Shown here: piece after piece, positions 1 to 17,217 of the stretch
Numbering within the stretch: the stretch's first letter is position 1
Layout: every line of letters starts with the position of its first letter
Made by a program: the position numbers and the translations under genes
The notes under the pieces: model-generated
The model's database searches: none
The model's input: only the letters and a program-made list of their open reading frames with translations
What the model was told of the DNA's origin: nothing
Assembly (NCBI RefSeq): GCF_009914755.1
Contig: NC_060931.1
Strand: one strand, 5' to 3'
Source: the human T2T-CHM13v2.0 reference genome, Homo sapiens
Length of the DNA stretch: 64,000 nt

Positions 1-372
1 TCTTAGACATAACACCAAAATCACAAGCAACAAAAGAAAAAAAAAGTGAATTGTGCTTCAATAAAATTAAAATATTTTGTGATTCAAACATCACTATCAA
101 GAAAGTGAAAAGACAGCCCATATAAGGGAATAGATATTTGTAAAGTACATATCTGGTAAGGAACTAGTACCCAGGATATATTAACAACTCTTACATCTCA
201 ACAATAAAGACAAATAACTCAAACAAAATGGGATTTGAATAGAGATTTTTTTGAAAAGGATTTGAATAGAGGTTTTCCCAAAGAAAATATGCAAATGACC
301 AATAAGCACCTGAAAAGATGCTTTAACATCATTAGTCATTAGGGAAATGCAAATAAAAATCACAACGAGGTA
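1..372 (+). mobile_element. Old L1 (L1MB-like) ORF2 3' region, first part; resumes at 4636
   Basis: Degenerate L1 ORF2 C-terminal sequence (atgcaaataaaaatcacaacgaggta). It continues seamlessly at 4636 after a nested insertion. Confidence 0.8.
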
Positions 373-873
373 TTAACCACTTATCAGATATATGGTTTGT
401 AAATATTTTTTTCCATTGCTTTTTCACTGTATTGTTTCCTTTGCTGTGCAAAAGCATTTAAGTTTGATATAATCCCACTTCCTTATTTTTGCTTTTATTG
501 CCTGTGCTTTTGGTATAGACCCAAGAAATTATTGCCAAGACAGTGTCAAGAGGATTTTCCCCTATGTTTTCTATTAGCGGTTTTATAATTTCAGGTCTTA
601 TATTCAAATCTTTATTTTAAGTTTTTTTTTGTATAATGTAAGATAAGGATCAAATTTTACTCTTTTGTAGGTGGATATTCAGTTTTTCTAATACCATTTG
701 TTGAAAAAAACAATCCTATCCCAATTGTGTATTCTTAGCACATTTGTTGCAGAATAGTTGGCTATGTATGTGTGGGTCTATTTCTGAACTAGCTATTCTG
801 TTCTATTTGTCTACATATTGCCTTTATGCCAGTACCATACTGTTTTCATTACAGTGGTTTCATAATATATTTT
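373..873 (-). mobile_element. Inverted 5' segment of a nested L1MA/L1MB-type element
   Basis: Antisense L1 ORF2 sequence (ttatcagatatatggtttgtaaata...ccagtaccatactgttttcattac) that abuts the sense segment at ~874. Confidence 0.8.
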
Positions 874-1541
874 GCAAACCATATTTCTGAAAAGGGGTTA
901 ATATCCAAAATACATAAAACTCTCATAGCTCAATAGCACAAAACAAATAAACTGATTAATAAATGGACAAAGAACTTGGATAGACATTTCTCCAAAGAAG
1001 TCATACAAATGGCCAACAGGTATATGAAAAGGTAATCAACATCACCAATCAATTTTCAGAGAATTGCAAATTAAAGCCATAATGACATACTACCCCATAC
1101 TTGTTATTATGACTATTTTTTTAAGAAAAAAGTAAGTGTTGGTGAGGATGTTGTGAAATTGGCCCCTTGCACATTGCTGGTGGTAGTGTAAAATAGAGCA
1201 GCCAATATGGAAAATTGTATGGATGTTTTTCAAAAAATTCAAACCAGATATACCATATAATCCAGCAATTTCACTTCTAGATATAAATTAAAAATAATTG
1301 AAATCAGAATCTTGAAAAGATATCTGCACTCCCATATTTATTACATCATCATTCGCAATAGCCAAAATATCAAAACAATGTAAAACATCCACTGACAGGT
1401 AAGTAAAGAAAATGTGATATAAACATACAATAGAGTATTATTCAGCCTTAAAAAAATAAGGAAATCCTGTCATATGGAACAACTTGATGAACCTACAGGA
1501 CATTATACTAAGTGAAGTAAGCCTTTCACAAAGGACAAATA

Positions 1542-4224
<2,683 letters not shown>

Positions 4225-4635
4225 TATTGCATGATTCCACTTACATGAGGTATTTGCAATAGCCAAACTCATAGAAGCTGAGAGTAGACTAGTGTGCCAT
4301 GGGCCTGGGGGAGGGCCAAATGGGGAATTGTTTAATAGGTGTAAAGTTTAGTTCTGTAAGATAAGCAAGTTCTAGAGATTTGTGTACCAACCTAGTGCCC
4401 ATACCTAATAATATTGTAATGTGAATGTAAAATTTTATTAAGAAAGTAGATATTATGTTAAGTGTTCTTACCACAAAAAGATGGGGCCATGAGAAAGTGT
4501 TAGAGGTGATGGGTATGTCTATTACCTTGATTGCTGGGATGCTTTCAAGAAATGTGTGCATATGTCCAAACTCATCAATTGCACATTAAATATGCGCAGT
4601 TTTGTGTATATTGATTATTCCCCAATAAAGCTATT

Positions 4636-5280
4636 TAAATCACAATGAGATACCACCAACAATAAGAGTTGTTGAGAATATAGAGAAATTGAAGCCCTCA
4701 TATACTGTTGCTGTAAATGTAAAGTGGTGAAGCCACTCTGGAAAATAGTTTGGCAATCCTTGAAAAGTTAAACATAGAATTACCATATGACCTACTGAGA
4801 GCAGTTCCACTTCCAGGTATATACTTAAAAGAACTGAAGACATAAGTCCAAAAAAACACCTGTAAATGAATGTTCATAACAGCATTATTCATAATATCCT
4901 CAAAGTGGAAACAACCCAAAGGTTCATCACTTAATGAATGGATAAACAAAATTTGGTACATCTGAAGAGTGGAATATCATTTGGTCATAAATAGGCATGA
5001 AGTAATGATTCCATACTAAAATATGGCTGAACCTTGAAAACATCATGCTAAATGTAAATTTCATTTATATGAAACTTCAGAATTGTCAACTCTGTAGTGG
5101 CAACAAAGATTAATGGTTGCTAGGGGCTGAAGTGAGAGGGGAATGGGAAATGACTAAGGGATATGGAGTTTCCTTTTGGGGTAATGAACATGTTCTGCGA
5201 TTAGATAATAGTGATGGTTGTACAACTTCGTAAATATACTAAAAGCCACCGAATTGTACACATCGAAAATAAAATGTAAA
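4636..5280 (+). mobile_element. L1MB-like 3' end (continuation of 1-372)
   Basis: aacatagaattaccatatgacc, ggaaacaacccaaa and ttttggggtaatgaacatgttct...aattgtacac are typical L1MB 3'UTR motifs. Confidence 0.82.
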
Positions 5281-6129
5281 CAAAAAAATTATGTAAATAA
5301 AAATAAGCTTTAACATAAACAGCAAACTATCAATTAGGATCCAGGAAGACCAAATTAGAACCGGTGACAAAGTGTTTGAGTTTGTCATGTACTTTTGTGG
5401 ACCTCACAAAAACTCTGGAAGAGGTAGTTTTTCCCAAGATGATGGTAAGGAGAATAGTCTATGCAAAACAATGTACTCCAGTGGCTCCTGGAGTTCAACT
5501 ATTTCAAATGAAAGCACCCTCCCCTGCTTCAAGCATTAGGCTTCAGTGGACCTCTCTCCTACACATGGCCCTTAGGAATATCGTTTTTGCCTTTCAATTC
5601 AGAATCCTACTGATTCAGGAAACCATTCTCTTATTGTCAGGAGAATCATGTTTCTTAAAGTCTAAAATGTTATTATATCACAGATTTCAGTGAGAATCTG
5701 AATATTAAAGAGAAATAAATGGATTTCTAGAAGAACAAAATAGTGATTGTTTCTTTAATTACATTTTTGGCTATGAAAACATTTTAGTTCTCTCTTTTTA
5801 ACAGAATTACCTGACAATATATTTATGGTGAATGAGTCACCACAACCAAATTATCCAGCCATTCCTAATTAATTTTTCATACATCCACATTTGAATTTAT
5901 AGAACTTTTCTATAAAAGGCGGAAAAAGTAGTAGAGGAAAAAAATCTCTCTTTGACTTCTGTTCTTCAGCTCTTCAGCTCCCCACACTGGAGGCATAAAG
6001 TATTTTTAGATAATTTCTTGAGAGCAAAATTATTTTCAACTTTAGTCTAGGGTTTGGAAACCTAAATATACAGAGTATCTGCAAAAAAAAAAAAAAAAAT
6101 CTTATGAGGTGACTAACAGGAAAAAGTAA

Positions 6130-6146
6130 TGTGTGTGTGTGTGTGT
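6130..6146. repeat. (TG)n microsatellite
   Basis: Direct inspection. Confidence 0.85.
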
Positions 6147-7109
6147 TTACATTTACCTTAAATGTATATGATTTGGCCAGCTAGCAGAGCCATTAAGAAG
6201 CTGTTAACAGTCTCCTAGGTAGTCAAGTGAATCATGGTGCTGGCAAAGTGGCCCAGATCCTATAATCTTGTAAATTGCTCTTGGCCGGGAAGCTACATGC
6301 ATAGAGATATTCGACTTCATCTTCAGGAGCATTTACTTCAAGATACTTAATTAAATTTCAAAATCATTCCTATGTTAGTTTTATAGATCAATAAAAGTTC
6401 TTTCATGTGAAAATTGGCTAACTGTAAAGATGGAGGATGCTCCTGAACCATGGTTACACTTTGACCTAGATTGTACTTTGAGACAGAGCAGAAGATTCAA
6501 ATACTTATTTATAAACACCCTCTAGTAATCACTGATGGTGACTGGTAGAAATATTAGGTCTTGGGTCTGCTGCAAAATTTAAATACAGAAAATACTTAAG
6601 CTGCCATAATTAGTTAAACCCAAGGAGAATTATGTATTTAAAACATTCTTAATGTTACAGTTTGAAAACATTTAGAACTATCCCACTCAGAGTTTCAGAA
6701 GCCGAGCTTTCCCAATTTCTACGTTAAAAATTCTCAAATGACTAGGTAAATTATACAAGTTTCTATCCCATTTTAAATGAGAATGTCATTTCCAGTGGTA
6801 CCATGGCATATGAAAATTAATTTGGCAAAAATTAAATTACTCAGAAGTCACTGTATGACAACTCTCTGATAAGATGGCAATATAATCACTGTTTCCCTAG
6901 AAGATTAAGAAATTGTTCATCACATTCAGTGATGTCCTTCATCCCAGTGTAGGTATCAGTGAATTCATGAAATTGAACGCATTTTGTTTTTGAAACAAAA
7001 GCTAATAATTCCTACAGAAGCAATATTATTTGAATGATTAGGATTTGAGTTAGACAATAACATCAAATCTAGAAAAGAAACCAAAGAAATCTTAAAAGCA
7101 TGCAGGTAA

Positions 7110-7210
7110 AAGGACCTTAGCAAACATTTCATTTCACATATAAGGAATTGAAGTCAAGGAAGTTGAATGATTTACTCAAGGTCAACAAGCTGCTTCGTGA
7201 CTAAACCAGA
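7110..7210 (-). mobile_element. MIR fragment
   Basis: Core-like atttcacatataaggaattgaagtcaaggaagttgaatgatttactcaaggtcaacaagct. Confidence 0.65.
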
Positions 7211-7449
7211 TTATTTAAATAAATAAATCAACCAAAGGAACAAAGCAACTCTATAAACCCTAGGTTTTTAGGGTGTGGTAGATACACATTAACTGTGATT
7301 ATTTTCATTCTACTTTTTCAGCAAGTTGTTTCTTTTTCCATTCTTAATGAAAACATACATTGTAAAAGTACACTTCAGTACAGTACAAATGACATTTAAT
7401 ATCAGAGAAAAATTATTCCATTGCCCTTTTAGGTTTGGCTCAGTTTTGA

Positions 7450-7498
7450 ATACTGCCTGGTATGCAGTGGATGCAATAAAAATTCATTGAATGAAGAA
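7450..7498 (+). mobile_element. L2 3' end fragment
   Basis: tgcctggtatgcagtggatgcaataaaaattcattgaatgaa resembles the L2 tail. Confidence 0.5.
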
Positions 7499-7952
7499 AT
7501 GCAATATTTTAAGCAATCAAATCTTCTTGATTCTGATTGTAACCTATTTTCAACAGCTTGAAAGAATGTAAGAAATGCAATTCAACATAATTATTTTTGT
7601 TAGTTTAATGTGAGATTATCACAACAGACAAAATCTCTATATTCAGCCTTTTCTAAAACTACGATTTGATATGAATGTGGTCTTTAAAGACTACACAATT
7701 TGAACTGCAATATAAATGTGCCAGGGGGATCAGCAATGGGGAAGGAAAACATTTTTTAAGTGTGCTCAATAGTGAACAAATTATACATTTTGCACCTGCA
7801 AAATACATAATGGCCGAAAGTTACATTTTCTCTGTACTTCCAAGTAAGCCATGCTGTAAAAAACAGGAGTTCAGGCTTTGAACTTCTTTCATTTGTCTTT
7901 GTTCTTTCTTGTATCAGATTGTACTATATACAAAGTTCCATCAAGTTAGTAG

Positions 7953-8309
<357 letters not shown>

Positions 8310-9720
8310 TGAAAAGATTTGAACATGAAAAATTTAGCAGTAGTTTGTATTCCTCTTCTAGTTAAGTCTAATTTAATATGGTGACTTCTAAACCTCAAGA
8401 TCCTGTGGCTTCCAAAGAAGTGGAAAGAAAAAAAATAAAATTGAGAGGCAAAGCATCTTTACTGAGGCCTGTCAAATTAGCATAATTGTATGCTCTCCTT
8501 ATTTTTTTTGACAAGGATACTTACGTTTCACAGGCATACCCTATAATGGAATGTCTATCACTAAAAATCCAGTGGTGACATAAGTTTCAAAGACATTTTC
8601 ATCATGAGTCATTAGACTCATCGGACATCTTTCAGAGAATAGGCTTGTCTCTCTCTTGCCTGGGAGCAAGCTCCTTAGAGGATTCTCTGAAAGGCCAACT
8701 ACCTTTCCATGCTGGATGCTGGCAGCAAGTCCCCAAAGATATAAAGTAAACAATGCCAATATTCAGTTGATGTTTTTTGTCAGTCAAATTATTTTCAAAT
8801 GCTACAGTTCTACCTCTCAGTGAGCAGTGTAATAATGACATTAAGAAATATTAAGGATATGAATCTGGAAACGTACCAGCAAAAATAATTCATTTCAGAT
8901 TTTAATAAATGAAATATTTAGGATTTTATTCTTTTCTATGTAATTGGTTATAATTAAAATCTCAAGACTAGCTAAGATCAGCTATCTCTGATTACCTTGG
9001 CTGTTATGAATTGCATTTCTTTTTTTAAAAAAAAAAACACACACTTTATCTAATAGTTTGCACATGTATATTTTTATGTAATGCAGAAACTCTTGCTTAA
9101 TGATTTTATTTTAAGAAATTAAATTTTCTTAATTTATTAGAAGTGATTTTATACAATTGAGGAGATAAGGAAATGTATTATCTGTAATAATTCTCAACTT
9201 GAAAACAATAGTATTGTAGAGTTTTAAGAAAATTTGTATTTTTCCCACAGGAGAATTATATTAAAACTTAAAATATCGCAGGGTGTTACTTAGAGTATTT
9301 GAAAAAGCACCCCAGTGGATATTAGAAGACGTAATGAAGACATATCAGCCATATCAACTTTAGACTCTGATTCTATCACCATAACTAATCATACAAATTC
9401 TTCAGTATCCTCAGGTAACATTCAGAATGGAAGAAAAGTAGAGAATGACAAGCCATACTTTATTGATCTCATATCACTTTTCAGCCTTTAAATATTGCAA
9501 TGAGAATCCATTTTAACGACTTTCATCTGGAAATTACTTATCACCTTTCAAGGACATAATGTAAAATTCAGTAGAAGTCAATATTGTTAACAGGGCAAGA
9601 GTTTCATGAACATAAGTTTTTAAATGACCAAAGACAGGGTTATGATCTTGCTATAGAAACTTCGATAACACAGAAAAGAAGAATGTGGAAATTGATTAGG
9701 GAATTTTTGTTGTTGTTGTT

Positions 9721-12330
9721 TTACTTGCTGTTTTATTTTGAAAGATTTCAAACTCACAAGTTCAAAGAACAAAATAATGAACTCCTATATACTTTAGACC
9801 AGTTGTTAACATCACACCACACCCCCACATTCTATCTCTGTGTGTTTGTGTGTATACCCACACGTTTGTGTCGATAGGTATATATGTGTATACATGTATT
9901 ACATATATATTTATATGTGTTTTATATATACACATATATAATACATATGAAGCATATTCATATGTGTGTATACTCACACAGAAAGAGAGAGAGAGAGAGA
10001 GAACATGAGAGAGAAAGAGAGAGTTCTTTTCATTTTTTCAAATCATCCTTAAGTGGACTATGGGCATCATGACTTTTTAAGCCCCAAATACTTAAGCATA
10101 AACTCTGAAAAGCAATGACATTTTCTATGTAACCAGAAAACCATTATCACACCTAAGAAAATCAACCTCAGTGCAATATAATCCAAGGAAAAAATCTATA
10201 ATAAAATGCCTGTATTGTTTCAAAAATGTTCTTTATACTTTATTTTTTTCCATCTGAAATCCAATCAATATTACAAAATACTTTGGATTTAACTTTTATT
10301 TTTCATTTGTCTCCTTAAATTTAGAACAATTCTCTGTACTCCCTTTGTTCTTTATGCCACTGAATCCTTTCAAGAGTTCAGGTCAGTTGTCCTGCAGAAA
10401 GCTCACATTAGTGATTCATCTTGTGTTGAAATTCAGGTCAAAGTTTTCTAGCAAGAATGATATATTGGTGACATTGTGTATCATTGAATCACATCAGAAC
10501 CCTCATTTCAAGCTATGTTCCTACTGGCAATAAAAAGCTTGATTACTTGTTTAAGGTTTCCATCATAAAGGAAAAATTACCCTTTGTAATCAAGGAGTAT
10601 TTTGTGAGGTGAACAAATTGATTATCTATGTTTGAATCAAATTGGGAGTTACAAAATGGTGATTTTCTAATTGAATCATCTTTTCTATTTTAATCAGCTG
10701 GTATTCTTCTGTAAAGAAGAGTTTTTCACCTTTCTCTGTCTTCCTTTCTCTCTGTCTCTCCTGTTTTCATTTATTGTTTTTCTTTAATATCAATATGGAG
10801 TCATGTTTTTAAAACTTTATTCCATGTGTTATAATTCATTACCATCATAATTTTGCAAAATTTAGACTGCTTCAAGCTGGCTCCTGTATCCTTTTAGCCT
10901 TACCCCATCCTTGTGTATTTCTTCAAGCTTTCTGTTACAAGAAGATGTTTCAGGCTCAATTTGTACTTTCCTTTGTGCAGATGTGAAAACAGCTATTTTT
11001 CCAAGGAGTCAAAATTCCTTTTGGTAGGATATTATATTTAGAAATCTAGATGTATCACTATGTTATACTGCTAGCTGCTCATTGCCACTAGGGTGTCATT
11101 GCTTCTATACACTTTCAGGGACAGATCTAGGAAACCACAAATACATACCCACAAATACACAGTTGAACTATAGATGTATATTATGGATGTATTATTCAAC
11201 ACATAGGTGAATTTTTATATATATAGAAGTACTGCATTTTATTTATAATTGCTGCAATATATAGGAATATATATGAATATATATATTTTTTTCAATAACA
11301 TAAAATTATTTTCACCTTTTACCACTCCATATTGGCATCTCCCTTTACCCATAGTAAAAGTTTAACAATATCTTTATTTTATACATTTGCTTTTTCCTAA
11401 AACACATAAATAATGCTTTTAGAAATACAACACCAATATCACTACTAACAGCAACCATACTAAGTAAAGTCTAATATTCTTTATAGTGATTGGGAAGTTT
11501 TGTGTGTCCCAGAATATATTCCATTAAAAGCATAGAGCAAGAATATTATATTCAATAGTTATTTGAATTAATTATTTACTCTGGTTTCATTGTCCCTTTG
11601 AAAATATTATTTTTGTGTATTTCTCATGTGTTTTTATTCTTTTTAATTTTTTAATTTATTTTTGTCTATGGCCAGATCACCCTGAATGTGCCTGATCTCA
11701 TTTTTTTAATGTAAATCATTTTTTACATGATTCATAATGTAAAGCTATATACACAGGCATAGTCAGAGAACCCTCAATTCTCTCCCTACATCTTCTACAT
11801 TCTGACATTCCTACGCATCACTTCCTGAGCTTCTTTATGCAAAAACAAGCAAACATGCATATATCAATTGTCCTGTTTAATTAAAAAAGGTAACATTTTA
11901 TATATCATCTTGCATACCTTGCTGTTTTGACTTATCACTATATCCTGAAGTTTATGCCACATCGGCATATAAATGGCATCCTCATTTCTTGTTACTGCTG
12001 CCTCACTTTCAATTTTGAATGTAAATTCATAACAGATGTGTCTAAGTTGTCATCAATATTTTTCAATTGACAAAAAACATGGTATGTTTTTATTATGTGC
12101 AACATGATATTTTGAAGAGTATACACATTGTGGAATAGTTAAATCTAGCTAATTAATAACCCTTTGCATATATTGTTGCATATTTGTGCAGATGACCACC
12201 AGCATAAATAACTAGAGATAGATTTGCTTGTCAAAGGATGTGCATATGCAGATTTGTTAGATATTTGCAAATTTACTACCATAAATTTGTACTATTTTGC
12301 AGTACCATTTGCAATGAGTGAAAATTACAT
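9721..12330 (-). mobile_element. Old L1MC4/5-like 3' region (boundaries approximate), with a small L1MA 3' fragment at ~12060-12158
   Basis: Motifs ccccaaatacttaagcat, gacattttctatgtaacca, ttcaagctggctcctgtatccttt and ttttccaaggag. Confidence 0.65.
9838..10023. repeat. Compound (TG)/(TA)/(GA) microsatellite
   Basis: Direct inspection. Confidence 0.85.
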
Positions 12331-13685
12331 ACTTTGTTAAGATTTCCTTAGTTTTAGTTTTTATTTAATGTACCTTTTTCTCCAAGGTCCCATCAAGATA
12401 CATGTTTAACTGTCATGTCCTCTTAAGTTCCTATTGGCTGTTAGCAATTTGTTTCTTACTTTTCCTTGTTTCTGATGACATTGACAGTTTTGCAGAATAC
12501 TAGCCATATTTTCCCTTGACTGAGATTCATCTGGTGTTTTTTTCATGGTTAGATTGAGATTATAGGTTTTTAGGAAAGAAGACCATAAAAGTATATATGC
12601 CAATTTCATAAAATATAACATCATTTAAAGGCAACATTATCAGTATGACTTATCATTGTTGATGTCAACCTTGTTCACTTGGCTAAAGTAATGTTTACCA
12701 GATTTTTCCACTATAAGTTTACCTTCCTGCTTCTTTATCATTCTTATTGGAAAGAAGTTGCTATGGAAAGCCCGCACTTAAGGAGTAGGGAGTTAATACT
12801 TCATCTCTTTGAGGGCAAAGTACATAAACATTATGTCTTTATCCTATACTTTGAATTATAATCCAATACCACTTCATATCTTGTTGCTCAAATTGTTCCA
12901 CTTTTGGCCATTGGGAGCTCTTTCATTTGGTTCCTGTGTCCCTTCTAACACACCCCCATTATTGTGTTTTTTTGCATGCTTTCTTACTTTCTGGTTCCAC
13001 AATATGCTCTAGACTCACCTTGTACATTCTTGGCTCCAGTCATTTTTCCAAGAAACCCAGGCTGTTTTTTTTATGGAAAATCATATTAGAAACCAAGCTC
13101 TGGATGCTAGGCATGTTCACTGCTATGAGAGTATCACTTTTTCTAGGTCCTCTCAGATGAAAAAGTAAGGAAATATACATGTATACTACTCTGTTTACAT
13201 TTACATATCTATAAATATTTTACAAGTATCTATCTGTATCTGTCTTAAGCTAAAGAGGAGTTCACATGAATGTCCTCAACTCAAATCCATTACCACATAG
13301 ATAAATTCTAGCTTTCTGCATCTGCTTATCTGTTTTCTACTATACCAACAGTGAGAAACCTGGCTCCCTTGATCCATTTATGTAATTTTTCAATTTGTAT
13401 ACATGAAGTGTTAACCTATATTTCTGTGGGATTATGACTATTATCAACTAGAGTACAGTGCTTATATAGAGCTCTTTTTGCCTTTAGGCTCACAGACTTC
13501 ATTTATTTCCAAAATTCCTTATGTCAGTACTCTTTTCCTCCACACCTTTCAATGAGGTTGTTTCATGTCCTTGTAATACAGTTAGATTCTTGCACCATAC
13601 TTTGCTTTCCATTCTGGGATCTCCTACTATCTTAAATGAACTCATTTTAACTTGCATATATTAAGATTCACTTTTTGTGCTGTAA

Positions 13686-13994
<309 letters not shown>

Positions 13995-14056
13995 AGCTCT
14001 ACACATTTTAACAACTGCATAATGTCAGGTAAGCAACATTACAGTACTATACAGAA

Positions 14057-14234
14057 TAGTTTCACCATCATAAAAAATCCTCTGTGCTTTTTCTATTCAA
14101 CTCTCTCCTTTTCCCCAAGACCATCACCACTGATCTGTTTAGTGTAGTTTCACCATCATAAAAAATCCTCTGTGCTTTTTCTATTCAACTCTCTCCTTTT
14201 CCCCAGGACCATCACTACTGATCTGTTTAGTGTA
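14057..14234. repeat. 88-bp tandem duplication (2 copies, 2 mismatches)
   Basis: 14057-14144 versus 14145-14232. Confidence 0.95.
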
Positions 14235-14589
14235 TTCATAGTTGTGCCTCTCCCAGAATGTCATATAAATTGAATCATACAGTATGTAATCTTTTCAGAT
14301 TTTTATTTAGCAATATATACTTGAAGTCTCTCCATGTCTTTTCATGGTTTGATAGCCATTCACTTTTATTGCTGAATAATATTCCATTATGTGGATGCAT
14401 CACAGATTGTTTCCCCTTCCCCTATTGAAGGAAATATTGGTTGCTTCTAGTTTTGGGTAATTATTAATATGAATTAAATTGCTGTAAGCATTTGCATGCA
14501 GTTTTGGAATGTGGAATACAGATATAAGTTTTTAAGTAAGTTGAATAAATATATAGGTGGACAATTGCTAAACTGCATGGTAACAGTAT

Positions 14590-15518
14590 TGATAGGGACA
14601 GGAGGCAGAAAAGAGCGGGTCCTTGGCAGAACTCCACCCTCCAGCTGAAAAAGCCTGAAACTGCGGCCCAAAGTAAGAACTTACATCCCTGTTTTCCCAC
14701 TGGAATGTTACCTTTTCCTAAATCACTCATGGCCCTGCCCTGCCCTGCCCTGCCCCACCCCACCCTATGCCTATAAAAACCCCAGACTCAGCTGGTAGAC
14801 GGGACTATGGCTGGACATCAGAGAGAAGTAGCTTCACTTCAGAGGCACAACTTGTTGGCATAACTTCAAAGAAGAATCCATCTGGAGACAGCCGGACTTC
14901 AGGGGAAGATTACCTACCAACTTCATCCCGTTTTCATCCCCCCTTCCCACTGAAAGCCTCTATCATCAGCTATAAAGTCCCTTGCATTTACCGTTGTTCT
15001 ATTCATTAGTGTGACCTTATTTTTCATGGATGCTGGACAAGAGCTCAGGAATGATGAATACAGATACAAAATGTCACACTGGCCCTTTACTCTTGCTGGC
15101 AGAAAGAAGCTGCCTCACATGAAAAGGCAAAGGTCCACTGAGCTGTTAATGCTTAAGCCATCCGTGAATGGCAGAGCTAAATGAGCATGTAACACACCCT
15201 CTGGGGCTTTGGGAGTAGCAGGCACCCCCGCCTGGATGCTGCCACAGGGACTGCACAGAGTTCACTGCTGCTGGTGCCCAAAAATGGTCAGCCAGAGCCT
15301 GTACTCATTCACCTACTTATTCCCTCCCACAAGGGGATAAGCACAGTGAGCTGAGTAAATGGAGTTTGTTCCTGCCAGCGGTCAAAAGCACTTGCTCTGT
15401 TTCCTGCACTCATTTGCCCTCATGTTACCTCCAGCGAGTGGTAGACAGGGGAAAGCTAAGCAAGTGAGGCACTCCTGTTGCGAGTCCCATGACGGGGTAA
15501 AGAAAATATTCTGATTCA
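14590..15518 (+). mobile_element. ERV1 solo LTR, MER50/LTR28-like
   Basis: TG...CA termini (tgatagggacaggaggcag...tattctgattca), 4-bp TSD gtat/ctat, TATAAAA at 14772. Confidence 0.8.
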
Positions 15519-17217
15519 CTATGTTTAACTTTATAAGAAACTGCTTCAGTTGTCTTCCAGTGTGGCTGTATTATTTTGCATTCTCACTAGCAAGAATGAG
15601 AGGTCCAGTTGTTCCACATCCTCACCAGCAATCACTATCGTCTGTTCTTTGGCTTTTAGCCACTCTAATAGGTGTATAATGATATCTCATTGTTGTTTTA
15701 ATTTGCATTTTTCTAATGAAAAAATGATGCTGAGCATGTTTTCATACGATTATTGGTCATTTCATGGGTGAGATGTCTGTTCAGGTCTTCTGACCACTTT
15801 TTAATTGGGCTGTTCTTTCTTCCAGTTGAGTTTTAAGAATTTTTAAAGTTTCTCTGATACAAGTTCTTTATCAGATATGTGATTTCCAATATTTTCTCCA
15901 AGTCTGTGGCTTCTCTTTTAATTCTCTTAACAGTGTTTTTTGTGGAGCAGAAGTTTTAAACTTTTATTCAGTCCAACTTATCATTATTTTATGAATTGTT
16001 CTTTTGATGTTTTATCTAAAAATTCATCAGCAAACCAAAGCTCATACAGATTTTCTTCTATATTTTCTTCTAAAAATGTTATAGTTTTCCATTATACATT
16101 TAAGTCTATGATTCATTTAAGCTTATTTTTTGTATAAGGTCTCTGTCTAAATATACAGATGCACAATATTTTTAGCACAATTCCTAAAAAGAATATCTTT
16201 TCAGCACTGAATTGTCTTCATGCCTATTGACTATATTTATGTGGTTTTAATTCTGGGCTCTCTATCATCTATCACTCACCTATTTGTCTACTCTTTTACC
16301 AGTACACCACGTCATCTCAAATGTTGTAGCTTTAGTTTAAATCTTGAAATCAAGTAGTGTGAGTCTTTCAACATTGTTTTTCTTCTTCGGTTTTATATTC
16401 TAGATCTTTTACCTTTCCATATAAACTTTAGAATCAATTTGTTAATTTCTAAAAAATAGCATGCTGAGCTTTTGTTGGGTATTGTGTTGAATCCAGAAAT
16501 CAGGTAGGAAAGAATCAATATATTGAGCCTTCCAATACATGAACATAGAATATCTTTTCATTTATTTAAATGTCTGATTATTTTTTGATGAATGATTTGC
16601 AAGTTTTGACATAAACAGCCTGCATATATTTTGTTAGATTTATATCTATGGTTGTTTTTTGTTTGCTTGCTTTGGTGCTATTGTAAATTGTAATAATTTT
16701 AAATTTCTAAACCCAATTTTTCATTACTGATACAAAATTTTTCATTACTGATAAAAGCAATTTTGTGCAATGACTTGGTGTCTTATAGTCTTATTATACT
16801 AGCAAGATCATGAGTTTTTTGTAGACTAATTGATATTTTCTACATCTGTCATCTGCTAATAAAGACAATTTTATTTTTTCTTTACAATATGTATATCATT
16901 TAATCTTTGCTTTCTTTTATTTCATGAACTAGGACTTCCAGAACAATGCTGAATAAGAGTGATGGAAGAGGACACATTTGCTTGTTCCCAATCTAAGAGG
17001 AAAAGGATCCAATGTCTCACCATTAGTTACAGTTTACTATTTTTAATGTGCTTTGGATTTTGTTTGTTAATATTTTATTGAAAATTATTGTATTGATATT
17101 CAGTTTATTTTTTAGACAATTTTTGTCAGTTCAGGAAAAGTGTCATACTTTACTAATAGCAAGTAATTTAGAAGTTTTATATCTTTTTTAATTAAAATAA
17201 TTTAGGTAGAAATGGGA

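Noticed and set aside
8531-8540. CAGGCATACC matching the Tigger1 TIR
   Set aside because: No TA flank, partner TIR or Tigger body. Likely a chance 10-mer.
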